DNA from: an uncultured Verrucomicrobiae bacterium
Lineage (GTDB): Bacteria; Verrucomicrobiota; Verrucomicrobiia; Chthoniobacterales; JAFAMB01
Assembly (NCBI GenBank): GCA_963762565.1
Contig: CAVXLD010000003.1
Location: forward strand, 608,001 to 672,000
Direction: 5' to 3'
DNA length: 64,000 bases
The position numbers and the translations under genes are program-made. The notes beneath the pieces are model-generated. The model ran no database searches. It saw nothing but the letters and a program-made list of their open reading frames with translations, and was not told the origin of the DNA. Shown piece after piece: positions 1 to 10,550 of this stretch (positions within the stretch are counted from its first letter, which is position 1; each line of letters opens with the position of its first letter).

Positions 1-15
1 AGGGTTGGCCGCGAC

Positions 16-50
16 GTAGGCTTTGCGAAGTCGGGTTTTCGCCCTACCGG
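16..50. repeat. Family C GTAG-type palindromic repeat (partial copy)
   Basis: gtaggctttgcgaagtcgggttttcgccctaccgg, nearly identical to 53037-53075. Confidence 0.8.
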
Positions 51-67
51 TCTTGGGCGGTGCCTTT

Positions 68-1297
68 TCACACCGCCTTGAACACCACGCACGAGTTGAT
101 GCCGCCGAAACCGAAAGCGTTGCTAAGGATGCAACGGAGACGCTTTTCGCGCGGTTGGTTCGGCACGACATCAAGGTCGCAAGCCGGATCAGGGGTTTGA
201 AAATTTAGCGTAGGCGGGATGTAACCGTGCTGCAGGGCGAGTGCGCAAATCACGCCCTCAATCGCAGCGCTGGCGCCAAGAGGGTGGCCGTAATATGCCT
301 TAGTGCCGCTTACCGCCAGACTTTGTGCGCTAGCCCCGAATACACTTCTGATACACGCGCATTCATTTGCGTCGTTCAATTGCGTGGAGCTGGCGTGGGC
401 ATTGATGTAATCAATTTGGTCCGGGTTAACCTGCGCTCCGGCCATGGCGTCTTCCATTGCTCGGATGCAGGATTCACCACTGGGCAACGGCGTGGTCATA
501 TGGAACGCGTCATTGTTCAGGCTGTAACCAGCCACTTCGGCGTAAATGCGAGCACCTCTAGCACTGGCATGCTCGTACTCTTCGAGAATGAGACTGGCCG
601 CGCCTTCGCCCATTACAAAGCCGTCCCGATTAAGATCGAACGGGCGGCAAGCGATCGGGGCTTCTTGCCGGCTCATTGTTCTAATGAAAGCAAACGCCCC
701 GTAGGAAAGCGGACTTAGAGGAGCTTCGGCTGCTCCGGCGATGATCACATCGGCGAACCCATCCCGGATATAACGGGATGCTTCACCGATTGCCACGTTG
801 CCGCTCGCACAGCTGTTCGAATTGGTGGTGCCGACGCCGCGGAGTCCGAACTCAATTGCGATGTTGCTGTGAGCGGAGCCACCAAACACTTGGAGCGCGA
901 TGGTTTGATGGACCGCTTTCGGGCCGCCATGGACATAGGAAGCATGCTGATGTTCGGCATTAGCCACACCTCCGAGTGCGCTACCGAAGCTGACTCCGAC
1001 GCGGGTTTGTGGATTGTCGGGCGAAAAAGAAAGCCCGCTATCATCCAGAGCGAGCTTTGCCGAAGTCACCGCAAATTGGGCGTACCGATCCAATCGCTTA
1101 AGGCGATGGGGTGGAAAATATCGACCCGGTTCCCAATTTTGAATCTCGGCCGCGACCTTAGCGTTAAAAGGGCTGGGATCGAATCGCGTTACCGAACCGA
1201 TGGCTGATTTCCCCGTCTGGATACCTTGCCAAAAAGCCTCTTTGCCGATGCCGATTGGCGTTACCGGCCCAAGGCCGGTCACTACAACGCGTCTCAT
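68..1297 (-). CDS. fabF: Beta-ketoacyl-ACP synthase II / ketosynthase
   Basis: RRVVVTGLG N-terminus, catalytic Cys in SNSCASG, His in YINAHASS and GHPLGAS, C-terminal NAFGFGG. Confidence 0.92.
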   Translation of the reverse strand: MRRVVVTGLGPVTPIGIGKEAFWQGIQTGKSAIGSVTRFDPSPFNAKVAAEIQNWEPGRYFPPHRLKRLDRYAQFAVTSAKLALDDSGLSFSPDNPQTRVGVSFGSALGGVANAEHQHASYVHGGPKAVHQTIALQVFGGSAHSNIAIEFGLRGVGTTNSNSCASGNVAIGEASRYIRDGFADVIIAGAAEAPLSPLSYGAFAFIRTMSRQEAPIACRPFDLNRDGFVMGEGAASLILEEYEHASARGARIYAEVAGYSLNNDAFHMTTPLPSGESCIRAMEDAMAGAQVNPDQIDYINAHASSTQLNDANECACIRSVFGASAQSLAVSGTKAYYGHPLGASAAIEGVICALALQHGYIPPTLNFQTPDPACDLDVVPNQPREKRLRCILSNAFGFGGINSCVVFKAV

Positions 1298-1851
1298 GCA
1301 TCCGCCTCCGCTTCGCTCGCGCGCGACGGGTGCGCTCCCCCTTGGCTACGGCGTGACAGGTCCGCCTCCGCTTCGCTTGGGCGCGACGGCTGCGCTTCCC
1401 CTTGGCTACGGCGCGACAGGCTCTCCACGTAGGCTTTCATGTGTTTCAACGTCTGGTTGGCGACGTAACTAATGAAGAAACCTCCAATGATTGGTTCAGC
1501 GATGGGAGAGAGTGGGGGAACCCGGAAGTGAAGCTCGTGAGCGATTGATACCAGCACGCCGGACGGTTGTTCGGCGAAAGTCCAGACCACTTCCATTCCC
1601 TTGGTCCAAGCCTTAAGATGACGAAAACGCACCTCATATTTTTCAGGGTCGATTACTTCTTCAGACACCCAAGACAACGGAATATTCCCGCGCCGAGCCG
1701 CCATCTTGACCACATTCCGGTTAGCGCCCCGCTCAAGGTAACGAATGTAACGATAGTGAGGCAGAAAGGTGGGCCACTTCTCGAGATCGGCTGCGACCTC
1801 AAAGATGCGCAGCTTGGGGGCGTTCATCACAATCGAGTTCGCTGTATGCAT
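1294..1851 (-). CDS. SRPBCC (polyketide cyclase/aromatase-like) protein with repeat-derived C-terminal tail
   Basis: IVMNAP...IFEVAADLEKWPTFLPH START-fold pattern; stop overlaps the fabF ATG. Confidence 0.8.
   Translation of the reverse strand: MHTANSIVMNAPKLRIFEVAADLEKWPTFLPHYRYIRYLERGANRNVVKMAARRGNIPLSWVSEEVIDPEKYEVRFRHLKAWTKGMEVVWTFAEQPSGVLVSIAHELHFRVPPLSPIAEPIIGGFFISYVANQTLKHMKAYVESLSRRSQGEAQPSRPSEAEADLSRRSQGGAHPSRASEAEADA
1301..1420. repeat. Tandem 2 x 60 bp repeat inside the 3' end of the SRPBCC gene
   Basis: 1301-1360 and 1361-1420 differ at 5 of 60 positions; encodes LSRRSQG...SEAEAD twice. Confidence 0.9.
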
Positions 1852-2582
1852 GCCTCGTGTTCCAAAATCAGGTAGAACTCGTTATCACCGATCTCGTGGT
1901 TGACCAATCGAAAATGGCGGCTGGCAGGCAAAAAGTTGCCCGGTAATCCGGTCAGAGTTGGGGCCAATTTTCCGCCGAAGAGCTTGGCTGCTACCGTTAG
2001 AATGATCCTGTCGATCAGGTCAACCTCTGCCAGAGATTTAACCAGGGTTGGGCCACCTTCACAGACGACCGTGCGCACCTGGTAGTGCGAAAAGAGATGA
2101 CTCATGACATAGTTGAGATCGACTTGGTCCTGGCCGGCCTTGTGAATAGTAACTCGCTGCTCTAGCTCGATCCGTTTCAGAGCGGGGATTTTGCTTGTGG
2201 TGTAAAGCACGATCGGCGCGCCTGGATTTTGGAAGATTGGAAGATCGAGACTGATTTGGCCGGTGGCGGAAACGATGACCCGGAGCGGTTCTTCCGATGC
2301 GCCGCGATGCAGTCGTTGAACGCGCAAAGCCGGGTCCGGTAAACCCAAGGCCATCCGGTCCGTTTCCAGAGTGCCTCTCGCGACTATGACCGCATCGTTT
2401 TCAGACCGCACCTGTAATAGGCGTTTTTTATCGCGAGCCGAAGTGAACTGGGCCGGAGTGTGACCCGGAGTGGAGACTTTCCCGTCGAGGGTGACGGCGA
2501 AATGGATGGTGACTCGCGGCCGAGTCTGCAAATCCTGGCCGCCGCTATCAAGCGGCGTTCTTGGCATTGGCATTTCCGGCAT
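1827..2582 (-). CDS. RibD C-terminal domain (pyrimidine reductase / DHFR-like) protein
   Basis: RPRVTIHFAVTLDGK, DAVIVARGT, VVCEGGPTL; start may be 2567. Confidence 0.85.
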   Translation of the reverse strand: MPEMPMPRTPLDSGGQDLQTRPRVTIHFAVTLDGKVSTPGHTPAQFTSARDKKRLLQVRSENDAVIVARGTLETDRMALGLPDPALRVQRLHRGASEEPLRVIVSATGQISLDLPIFQNPGAPIVLYTTSKIPALKRIELEQRVTIHKAGQDQVDLNYVMSHLFSHYQVRTVVCEGGPTLVKSLAEVDLIDRIILTVAAKLFGGKLAPTLTGLPGNFLPASRHFRLVNHEIGDNEFYLILEHEACIQRTRL

Positions 2583-3489
2583 CTTGGTGAAACAGCTCTA
2601 GCCATTGTTGCAACGCGTTCCGAATCTCCTCGGCTTGCGCTGAAGGCGTGAGTTCCCAGACCAATGGCGCGTGCGCCGGTATCATGGGGATGAGTTCTTT
2701 GAACGGAACTGTCCCGGTCAACGGAATTCGATGATCACGATCGGGATAAATAACGTCATGCACATGGCAGCCGAGTAACCGGGGAACCGCTGCTTGCAAC
2801 TGTTCTGCGTGATCTTGGAGCGTGAGGTTATGCTTGACCTGAGCATGGCCGAAATCATGCCAATGGCCGAGAAGCGGTTCTTTAAAATCGTCGAAGAGCT
2901 TCTTGAGTTCGTATTCGTTTGGGAATGTATCGAGCTCCGCGCGATTCTCGATGCCAAGCTTGATGCCGGCTTGTTTGGCATGTTCGACGACCGGAATCAG
3001 CCAATCCCGAACCCGGGGATATAAGTCGGTCTTTTGGCGTCGCCGCAGAGCGCGCAGCTTGGTCTGTACAAAGGTCCTTCCGAAAATCTGACCTTGATAA
3101 ATCAGCTTTGACAGAGCTCTGGTCGGATCTCGCATGGGCACGACGCCAAGATGCAAAACCACGTAAGGCGCGCCGAATCTGACTGCTAGATCGATCGTCG
3201 CCAGGGTGTGTCGTTGGGCCCGCTTTCGTTCGGTAGCGTCAGACGACGTGCATTGCAGACAATCCGGTGACGCGTGAAAGACCTCGAGCGGGAGAGGGCA
3301 GAAATTATGAAGGCTGGTAATCACTAAATCATGATCTCGGAGGAAATCCGCGATTCCTTGGATCAGAGATATTCTGATTCCGTGACCAAGTTCGACCTGC
3401 CGAAACCCTAATTCCCATATCTCCTCGAGCATACGGTCTCCGCGAGTATGACGATCTGAATTCCAACAGGTCGAGAAGGCAGGAGACAC
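2548..3489 (-). CDS. Sugar phosphate isomerase/epimerase (xylose isomerase-like TIM barrel)
   Basis: LGIENR, WHDFGHA, CHVHD, DHRIP metal-binding motifs. Confidence 0.85.
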   Translation of the reverse strand: MSPAFSTCWNSDRHTRGDRMLEEIWELGFRQVELGHGIRISLIQGIADFLRDHDLVITSLHNFCPLPLEVFHASPDCLQCTSSDATERKRAQRHTLATIDLAVRFGAPYVVLHLGVVPMRDPTRALSKLIYQGQIFGRTFVQTKLRALRRRQKTDLYPRVRDWLIPVVEHAKQAGIKLGIENRAELDTFPNEYELKKLFDDFKEPLLGHWHDFGHAQVKHNLTLQDHAEQLQAAVPRLLGCHVHDVIYPDRDHRIPLTGTVPFKELIPMIPAHAPLVWELTPSAQAEEIRNALQQWLELFHQDAGNANAKNAA

Positions 3490-3502
3490 GATGCTAGTAT
3501 AA

Positions 3503-3793
3503 TGGAACGTTGCCTCGCTTGCGAGGCCGTGGTGAGCAGGGCGATATCGTTACATTATCCTTCGCTGTCTACGCTCTGTATCGCGCCGATTCAGTTGACG
3601 ATTCCTGGCTGCCACTCAGACTTTGCAACATGACATCTCCCGTTTTCGCCTCTGTTTCGATCGTCAACGATATAGCGCAGCACGAGGAAGGGCGCCATGT
3701 CACGCCATTTCCTTGTTCACCACGGCCTCGCAAGCGAGGCAGCGCTCCAGGGGTGGCGACCCCTTCGGCCTCGCAAGCGAGGCAGCGCTCCAC
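3503..3793. repeat. Family D REP doublet (GCCTCGC-TT-GCGAGGC hairpin) plus a third REP copy
   Basis: inverted copies at 3503-3540 and 3711-3749, extra copy 3766-3793; inner gttgacgat/atcgtcaac pairing. Confidence 0.85.
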
Positions 3794-3797
3794 GGCG

Positions 3798-6347
3798 TCA
3801 GCCCGCCCAAGTGATCAATCGTAATTCATGATCTTGGATCAAGTGCGGATGGGTCGGGATCACGCGCAAGTTGAATCCATAGCTGCCGCTATCAGAGGTC
3901 GTTATATCGCCGGTGAAGCGGAACCAACCCGGGGTCTCTTTCTTCTCAAATTGCGGTAGATCGACCGCATACGGGTGGTCCAGTGAGCCATTGTCCGTCG
4001 CTCCGATGTAGGCCTGAACCCGAACATAGGAAGGATCGACCGGGCCCAAGAAAACATTGGCTGATATCGTCAGCTTTTCTCCCACAAATAACCTACTGCC
4101 TTGAGGAGCGACCTCCACTTCATGGATTTTGACCTGCGCCCAATCGGTCCTGGTCTTGTGTTTCCAATCGGCCAGCTCAATCGCAGCTGCGCATCCTTGG
4201 GCCGACAATGCGCGAAAAGAAGCAGCCGCCGCCTCATATAAACGCTCGTTGTACTCTTTGACCATCCGATGAGTGTTGAAAACCGGAGTAACGCTGCGAA
4301 TGGATTCTCGCATCAGCTGGAGCCAGGCCAGCGGCAACTTACCATCCGGCTTTGCGTAATAGAGCGGGATGATCTGGTTTTCGAGAATGTTAAAGAGGCT
4401 GTCGATGTCTACTTCGGTTTGGAACTGGACGCTGCCCCCCTTGATTTCCGGTCCGATCGGCCATCCGTTTCTTCCGTTATAGCCTTCACACCACCACCCA
4501 TCGAGAACGCTGAAGTTCAGGCCACCGTTTGGGGGCAGCTTCATGCCGCTGGTGCCGCTGGCTTCCAATGGCCGAAGTGGATTATTCAGCCAAATGTCTA
4601 CCCCCTGGTAAAGCCGGCGACCGATGTAGGTGTCGTAGTCCTCAACGAAAACTAAGGCTTCTTCCAAACCTGCTTCCCGTGACGCCTGATAGACCTCTTG
4701 AATGAAGCGTTTACCAGGTTCGTCTTTGGGATGAGATTTACCGGCGAAGACGAACTGAACCGGGCGCTCTTTGTTCTGAATCAGTTTGAGCAGCCGCTCC
4801 TTATTCGCTAGCAAGAGAGTGCCTCGCTTGTATGTCGCGAAACGGCGGGCAAAGCCGATGGTCAAGATTTCAGGGTGCAAGAGGTTATTGACCTTGCGCA
4901 ACTGCTCCGGCGATTCGCCGATGCGAGTCCTCTGAATGCGAATGCGGTCCCGTAGGAACTCGATCAGCCTGACCTTCAGTAACTGATGTGTTCCCCACAG
5001 GACCTCATCGGGTATATCGATCACCCGTCGCCAATATTCGCCGTCCGTTAGATGTTCTTCCCAGTCCGGTCCTAAGTACCTTTCGTAGAGCCGATGAAAT
5101 TCCGGAGCCGTCCAAGTTTTGGTGTGGATACCGTTAGTGATGCTGGTAATCGGCACCTCGGAAAAGGGTACCCCTGCCCAAACATCTTTCCACAAACCCC
5201 GGCTAACCTCTCCGTGCAGCTTGCTGACTCCGTTCGCGTGACGGCTCGTGCGCAGGGCCAAGATCGTCATGCTGAAAGAATTGTCGCGGTTGACCGCTGG
5301 CTGTCCTAATCCAAAGAACTCGTCGAATGCGATTCCCAGATCGCGTGGATAATCGCCCAGGTAACGGCCGATCATCTCCCTGGAAAATGCGTCATTTCCA
5401 GCAGGAACCGGTGTATGCGTTGTAAAAATATTCGACGAAGCAACCACCTGGAGGGCCGTGTAATAATTCAGCCCCTTTGTCTGTGCATATTGGCGGATCC
5501 GTTCAATCGATAGAAAGGCGGAGTGCCCCTCGTTCATGTGATACACGTCCGGCTTGATCCCGAGGGCGTCGAGCGCGCGGACACCGCCGACTCCCAAAAC
5601 GACCTCTTGCCGGATTCGCATTTCTAAATCTCCGCCATACAGCTGCTGGGTGATCAATCTGTCTTCCGGAGAATTTTGCTGAACATCCGTGTCTAGCAGG
5701 TGCAACCGGATCCGGCCGATCTGGAGCACCCACACTTTGGCGGTTACCTTCCGGCCTAGAATGTCAACGGTAACCGAAACCACCTGATCGCCGTTTCGCG
5801 CCTCCGATACCGGCAGGTGGTGAAAGTTTTGGTTCAAACTGACCGCTTCTTGCCAGCCGTCCTTATTGATCTCCTGTTTAAAGTAGCCATGCCGATAGAG
5901 CAGGGTGACAGCATGAAAATTGAGATCGAGATCGCTCGCTGATTTGCAATGGTCTCCGGATAGAATCCCAAGTCCGCCTGAGTAGTTCGGCACAGATTCG
6001 TGGAAACCGAATTCGGCCGAGAAATAGGCGATGCATATCGAATTCTGGCGCGAGCGCCGATAGGTGTCGGTACGCGCCATGTAAGCCTCTAACTTCTCAT
6101 GAACGTCTTTCATGGCGCGCAGGTAGTTGTCATCCGAGGCCAACTCGACTAAGCGCGCTTGTTTGCACAATTGCAGCATGCGGATCGGGTTATGATTCGT
6201 CCGGTCCCAGAGTGCAGGATCTAGATCGCGGAAAAGCTTGCGAGCGTCCGGTTCCCAAGTCCACCAGAGGTTCCGGGCAATCTCGTCGAGCGGTTCAAGC
6301 GCTGCTGGTAAGCGCGGCGACACATTGAAGCTCTTAATAGGATGCAT
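3798..6347 (-). CDS. glgP: Alpha-glucan (glycogen/starch) phosphorylase
   Basis: YFSAEFG, YSGGLGILSGDH, ARRFATYKR, PLP motif EASGTSGMK. Confidence 0.97.
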   Translation of the reverse strand: MHPIKSFNVSPRLPAALEPLDEIARNLWWTWEPDARKLFRDLDPALWDRTNHNPIRMLQLCKQARLVELASDDNYLRAMKDVHEKLEAYMARTDTYRRSRQNSICIAYFSAEFGFHESVPNYSGGLGILSGDHCKSASDLDLNFHAVTLLYRHGYFKQEINKDGWQEAVSLNQNFHHLPVSEARNGDQVVSVTVDILGRKVTAKVWVLQIGRIRLHLLDTDVQQNSPEDRLITQQLYGGDLEMRIRQEVVLGVGGVRALDALGIKPDVYHMNEGHSAFLSIERIRQYAQTKGLNYYTALQVVASSNIFTTHTPVPAGNDAFSREMIGRYLGDYPRDLGIAFDEFFGLGQPAVNRDNSFSMTILALRTSRHANGVSKLHGEVSRGLWKDVWAGVPFSEVPITSITNGIHTKTWTAPEFHRLYERYLGPDWEEHLTDGEYWRRVIDIPDEVLWGTHQLLKVRLIEFLRDRIRIQRTRIGESPEQLRKVNNLLHPEILTIGFARRFATYKRGTLLLANKERLLKLIQNKERPVQFVFAGKSHPKDEPGKRFIQEVYQASREAGLEEALVFVEDYDTYIGRRLYQGVDIWLNNPLRPLEASGTSGMKLPPNGGLNFSVLDGWWCEGYNGRNGWPIGPEIKGGSVQFQTEVDIDSLFNILENQIIPLYYAKPDGKLPLAWLQLMRESIRSVTPVFNTHRMVKEYNERLYEAAAASFRALSAQGCAAAIELADWKHKTRTDWAQVKIHEVEVAPQGSRLFVGEKLTISANVFLGPVDPSYVRVQAYIGATDNGSLDHPYAVDLPQFEKKETPGWFRFTGDITTSDSGSYGFNLRVIPTHPHLIQDHELRLITWAG

Positions 6348-6461
6348 AATTTCTTTTTGTTCATCGGACGTAACGCCGATGCGATCGGCTACATCAACGC
6401 CCGTCGCGGCTTATGGCAAGCACGAAAAATGCCTAAGGAATGAAACGCCGGGAAAGAGCAG

Positions 6462-6483
6462 CGGCAGGGCGAAAATCTCGGCG
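6462..6483. repeat. Family C half-site
   Basis: cggcagggcgaaaatctcggcg matches the left arm of 24191-24234. Confidence 0.6.
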
Positions 6484-6484
6484 T

Positions 6485-6874
6485 TTACTTGACACCTCCG
6501 ACGGTGAAGCCTTCGGCTTCGAGCGTCGCCCGGATTTTGGCGACCTGGTCGCCCTGAACTTCAATGATCCTGTCTTTTACCGTGCCGCCGGTGCTGCAGG
6601 CCGTACGCAATTTTTTAGCCACTTTCTCTATGATGGAAGCGGGTAGGTGAGTGGCAAAATCGTAGACTATCACGACGGTTTTTCCACCTCGATGGGCGGT
6701 TTCCCGCCGGAGCAGGACCCGTCCCATTTTCCAGAGGAGTTCATCTGGGCTGGGCCCAGGCGGACTTATATCAGCAGGTAACGCGAGGTTCAGATTTTCG
6801 AGTACCGGTCCGAGGCCGGACAAAGGCGGCGCGTTCGGATTCGTGTCGATGCGCGTTTTTGGTTTCTTTTTCAC
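6485..6874 (-). CDS. Translation initiation factor SUI1/YciH family protein
   Basis: RETAHRGGKTV, LRTACSTGGTVKD, IEVQGDQ. Confidence 0.88.
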   Translation of the reverse strand: MKKKPKTRIDTNPNAPPLSGLGPVLENLNLALPADISPPGPSPDELLWKMGRVLLRRETAHRGGKTVVIVYDFATHLPASIIEKVAKKLRTACSTGGTVKDRIIEVQGDQVAKIRATLEAEGFTVGGVK

Positions 6875-6925
6875 GGTAACCTCACTAGGGGGTCTCAGGG
6901 CTGCGAAAGCTCGCCAGGCATACCC

Positions 6926-7028
6926 AGAATGACAAATGAGAAATGACAGATGACAAATAAAATCATCCTTCCGGGATTCCGGCAGAAAGCCGGCTATTTG
7001 TCATTTGCCATCTGTCATTTGTCATTCT
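6926..7028. repeat. Inverted heptamer arrays (TGACAAA)4 ... (TTTGTCA)4
   Basis: arms 6926-6959 and 6995-7028 are near reverse complements. Confidence 0.9.
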
Positions 7029-7081
7029 CGGATCGATCGCAAAATCTCCGGAGACCTGTGATCGATCCCGTCCACACGCGA

Positions 7082-8017
7082 TCACGCCTGCCTTCGATAA
7101 GCCCCAGGGGTCGAACCGGTCTCTCTCCGGAACACTTGAGCGAAGTGGCTAGGGCTGGTGTAACCCAGTTCCAGTCCGATTTCGATGACGCTTCTGCGAG
7201 TCTGGCGTAGCAGGGTCCTCGCTCGTTCCATCTTCAGGCTGATGAAATATTGGGAAGGCGATCGCCCGGTTGTCCTCTTAAACATCCGGCTAAAATGGAA
7301 TTCGCTCATTTCGGCTTCCCGGGCCAAACGGCCCAACGAGAAGTCATCTGCCAGACTGCTGGCCATCAAATCGGAGATCCGGCGAAGCGTGAACCCCGGC
7401 AAACCCCAGCCTTTGCGTTGGTCCTGCATTTGTCCCGAAACAAAAGTGTAGTTGCGAGCCAGGTGAACAGCCAAGGCTTGAGCGGCGCCCTGTACGAAGA
7501 ACGGGCTGGCCCGCTGCCCAAGGTGGAGCTCGACTAAAAGACGTTCCATTAAGCTAGCCAGGAAAGCGTCTTGGAAACCGGAGATATCACGTAAGCTCAC
7601 CGCCTCCGCATCCTTGCCAAATACATCTTTCATGGCTCGCGTTAAGACTGGGAGAGCGAGCGACACGACCATCGCCTGATACGGGAGAGGTCCGATGACC
7701 TTCCAGCGCATTTCGTAGAGCGGTCCTGGGGCGGTGAGAAAGAAATCTCCTTTGGTGATATTGGTCGTGAGCCAACGTCCACCGATTTCGCGTTCCTCGA
7801 ATTGACAACTCCCCGCTAAAATCCAGACGATCTGAGGCTCCTTCGTTTCGGACATGATCCTTCCTTTTTCGATGGCAGGAAGGTCGATCGTTTCCACCTG
7901 CAAGTCTCTCCAGGCCCGGCCCACACTGGTAGACGTAATCTGGACCATGCGACCACCAGCAGCTGCCGCAGCCGGCGCGATTTCAGGAGCTTCGCTTATC
8001 GCCACGTTGTCAACCAT
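7082..8017 (-). CDS. AraC family transcriptional regulator
   Basis: C-terminal double HTH: LAREAEMSEFHFSRMFK...IGLELGYTSPSHFAQVFRR. Confidence 0.93.
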   Translation of the reverse strand: MVDNVAISEAPEIAPAAAAAGGRMVQITSTSVGRAWRDLQVETIDLPAIEKGRIMSETKEPQIVWILAGSCQFEEREIGGRWLTTNITKGDFFLTAPGPLYEMRWKVIGPLPYQAMVVSLALPVLTRAMKDVFGKDAEAVSLRDISGFQDAFLASLMERLLVELHLGQRASPFFVQGAAQALAVHLARNYTFVSGQMQDQRKGWGLPGFTLRRISDLMASSLADDFSLGRLAREAEMSEFHFSRMFKRTTGRSPSQYFISLKMERARTLLRQTRRSVIEIGLELGYTSPSHFAQVFRRETGSTPGAYRRQA

Positions 8018-8046
8018 AACAAGCAGTTTGCTAGCCGCAAACGGTA

Positions 8047-8312
8047 GCGTATGGGCGTGTTTTGGCTTGGTGGGGCGAGGCTCCCGAAAGGCTGTAAAGT
8101 TTCAGCAGGGAAATCGGTACCTGCCAGCTCACGCGATGAGCTAGGCCTATAAATACGCCGAGCCGTGGCCCAGTGCTGGACGACGGCTCGGCCCGCGTAT
8201 GGAGTAGCAGTATGCTTCGCTTGGCGAAAGCCATTCACTTCGCCATTATGTTTCGGTCTTTTGGGAGCCTCGTCCCACCAATGCTTCGCCGTTACGCCCA
8301 TACGCCGACCCG
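8047..8312. repeat. Family B expanded-loop REP doublet flanked by GGCGTATG octamer arms
   Basis: tggtggggcgaggctccc ... gggagcctcgtcccacca; inner gccgagccgt/acggctcggc; loops 76 and 75 nt. Confidence 0.85.
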
Positions 8313-8316
8313 CTCC

Positions 8317-9588
8317 CTACAGCGCCCAGACGGTCTCGCCGGCCACGATCGTTCGCACGGCTCGTCCCTTCAAATTCCAGCCTTGAAAGGGCGTGTTACG
8401 GGACCGAGACAAAGTGTCTTCTTTATTGTAGGTCCATTCGCGGTCGGGATCGATAAAGGTAATATCCGCGTCTGCCCCGACAGCTAGAGTGCCTTTTCTG
8501 ATCCTCATCAGATACGCCGGGTTGACCGTGTACATGGCGATCAGCTGTTCAAGCGAAATGGCCTTTTCCCGGTGGAGCAGAATGGTCAAGAAAAGGGCAA
8601 GCTCAGTCTCAAGCCCGATGATTCCGAACGGCGCCTGGTCGAATTCGACTTCTTTTTCAAAACCGGCGTGAGGCGCATGATCGCTGGCCAGGATCGTGAT
8701 GGTCCCATCAGCGACGCCTTCGATCAGCGCATCGATATCCTCCTGCGTGCGCAGCGGCGGATTCATTTTAAAGCTGGAATCAAACGAGCAGATGGTTTCG
8801 TCCGTGAGAGCGATATGATGAGGGCACAGCTCACCGGTGACGGGAATCCCTCGTCCGCGGGCGTTGCGTAACAACCGGACGCTACCCGCTGAACTCAAAT
8901 GCTGGCAATGAATTCGCGTGGAACACAGCTCGGCTAAGAGAATGTTCCGCATCACCATGATCTCTTCACCCGCGCGTGGCCAGCCGGGTAGCCCAAGCAC
9001 GGTGCTCCAGTAGCCCTCATGCATGACTCCGTCACCGACCATATTGTAGTCCTGACAGTGATCCAAAACCGCCAGATCAAACATGCGGGCATATTCCACC
9101 GCCCGGCGCATCAGCTCGTGATTTTGGACGCAATGCCCGTCGTCCGTTATGGCCACGATGCCGGCTTGCACCATTGATCCGATCGGGGCCATTTCTTGGC
9201 CGGCCAAATCGCGGGTTATAGCGCCAGTCGGGAAAACATTTACTCGTGCGGTTTCGCGAGCCCGATCGATTATCCAAGCCACTCCGCTCGGGCCGTCGGT
9301 TGGTGGGTTGGTATTCGGCATGCATACCACCGAAGTGAACCCCCCGGCGGCCGCGGCCTGGCTTCCGGTGGCCAGCGTTTCTTTATGCGTCTGTCCCGGC
9401 TCACGAAAGTGGACATGCATGTCGATCAGACCAGGCGTCACCACCAAATTCTCGGCCCCAATGACCGGAGAGTTCTCTGGCGGCGGCTCGGCCGAGATCT
9501 TTCCGTCGACCACATAAATATCTGCGATCTCATTTCGGCCGTTGGCCGGATCGATCACATGGCCGCCTCGAATCGTAAGATCTTTCAT
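8317..9588 (-). CDS. pyrC: Dihydroorotase
   Basis: [29 protein letters not shown]; in operon with pyrB and pyrR. Confidence 0.95.
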   Translation of the reverse strand: MKDLTIRGGHVIDPANGRNEIADIYVVDGKISAEPPPENSPVIGAENLVVTPGLIDMHVHFREPGQTHKETLATGSQAAAAGGFTSVVCMPNTNPPTDGPSGVAWIIDRARETARVNVFPTGAITRDLAGQEMAPIGSMVQAGIVAITDDGHCVQNHELMRRAVEYARMFDLAVLDHCQDYNMVGDGVMHEGYWSTVLGLPGWPRAGEEIMVMRNILLAELCSTRIHCQHLSSAGSVRLLRNARGRGIPVTGELCPHHIALTDETICSFDSSFKMNPPLRTQEDIDALIEGVADGTITILASDHAPHAGFEKEVEFDQAPFGIIGLETELALFLTILLHREKAISLEQLIAMYTVNPAYLMRIRKGTLAVGADADITFIDPDREWTYNKEDTLSRSRNTPFQGWNLKGRAVRTIVAGETVWAL

Positions 9589-10550
9589 CGCTGTTTTCTT
9601 GCTGCCGTTGAACAGAGATAAAGGACCGCCATACGCACGGCGAGACCGTTTGCGACCTGGTCGAGGATGACGCTTTGAGAGCCGTCGGCTACATCACTAT
9701 CGATTTCGACACCCCGATTGATTGGCCCTGGATGCATGACTAAACAGTGCGGTTTAAGTCGCTGGGCGCGTTCTTTGGTAAGGCCAAAGAAACGCACGTA
9801 CTCGTTTAGGGTGGGGAAATATTCTTTACGCTGCCGCTCGTGCTGGATCCGGAGCAGGTTTATCACATCGAGCTCTCCGAGGATGTCGTCCAGGCTTCGA
9901 ACCACGGTAACGTCCATCGATTCAAAAGCGCGCGGCACGAGCGTACTCGGCCCCACTAAGAACACGTTTGCGCCTAGTTTCTTCAAGGCCCAGATATTTG
10001 AGCGAGCGACCCGGCTAAAGAGGATGTCTCCAACAATGGCAACTTTTAAGCCCTCAATTCGCCCAAGTCTCTCCCGGATTGTGAACACATCGAGCAGCGC
10101 CTGGGTTGGATGCTCGTGAGCACCGTCGCCTGCGTTAATCACGCTTGCGGCCAATCGCTCAGCCAAAAATTTCGAGGAGCCGGCCGCACTGTGTCGCAAG
10201 ACGATTATATCTGCGTGTAGAGCCTGGAGATTGAGAGCAGTGTCCTTTAGTGATTCCCCTTTTTGGAGGCTGGAGCTGGAAGCCGAAATGTTGACGACGT
10301 CCGCGCTTAACCTGAATGCGGCGAGTTCAAAAGAGGTGCGGGTTCGCGTGCTCGGTTCAACGAAGAAATTAACCAGCGTCTTACCCCGTAATGCGGGCAC
10401 CTTTTTGATGTCGCGGGCGCCTACCGTCTTAAAGGCTCCGGCGGAATCGAGGATAGTATTGATTTCCGATGGCGCCAGCTCTCGGATACTAAGGAGATCT
10501 TTGCGGACCCAATCTTCCCTGGCATCCAAAGTCGGCTCGGGTGTTTTCAT
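9585..10550 (-). CDS. pyrB: Aspartate carbamoyltransferase catalytic subunit
   Basis: [30 protein letters not shown]. Confidence 0.97.
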   Translation of the reverse strand: MKTPEPTLDAREDWVRKDLLSIRELAPSEINTILDSAGAFKTVGARDIKKVPALRGKTLVNFFVEPSTRTRTSFELAAFRLSADVVNISASSSSLQKGESLKDTALNLQALHADIIVLRHSAAGSSKFLAERLAASVINAGDGAHEHPTQALLDVFTIRERLGRIEGLKVAIVGDILFSRVARSNIWALKKLGANVFLVGPSTLVPRAFESMDVTVVRSLDDILGELDVINLLRIQHERQRKEYFPTLNEYVRFFGLTKERAQRLKPHCLVMHPGPINRGVEIDSDVADGSQSVILDQVANGLAVRMAVLYLCSTAARKQR

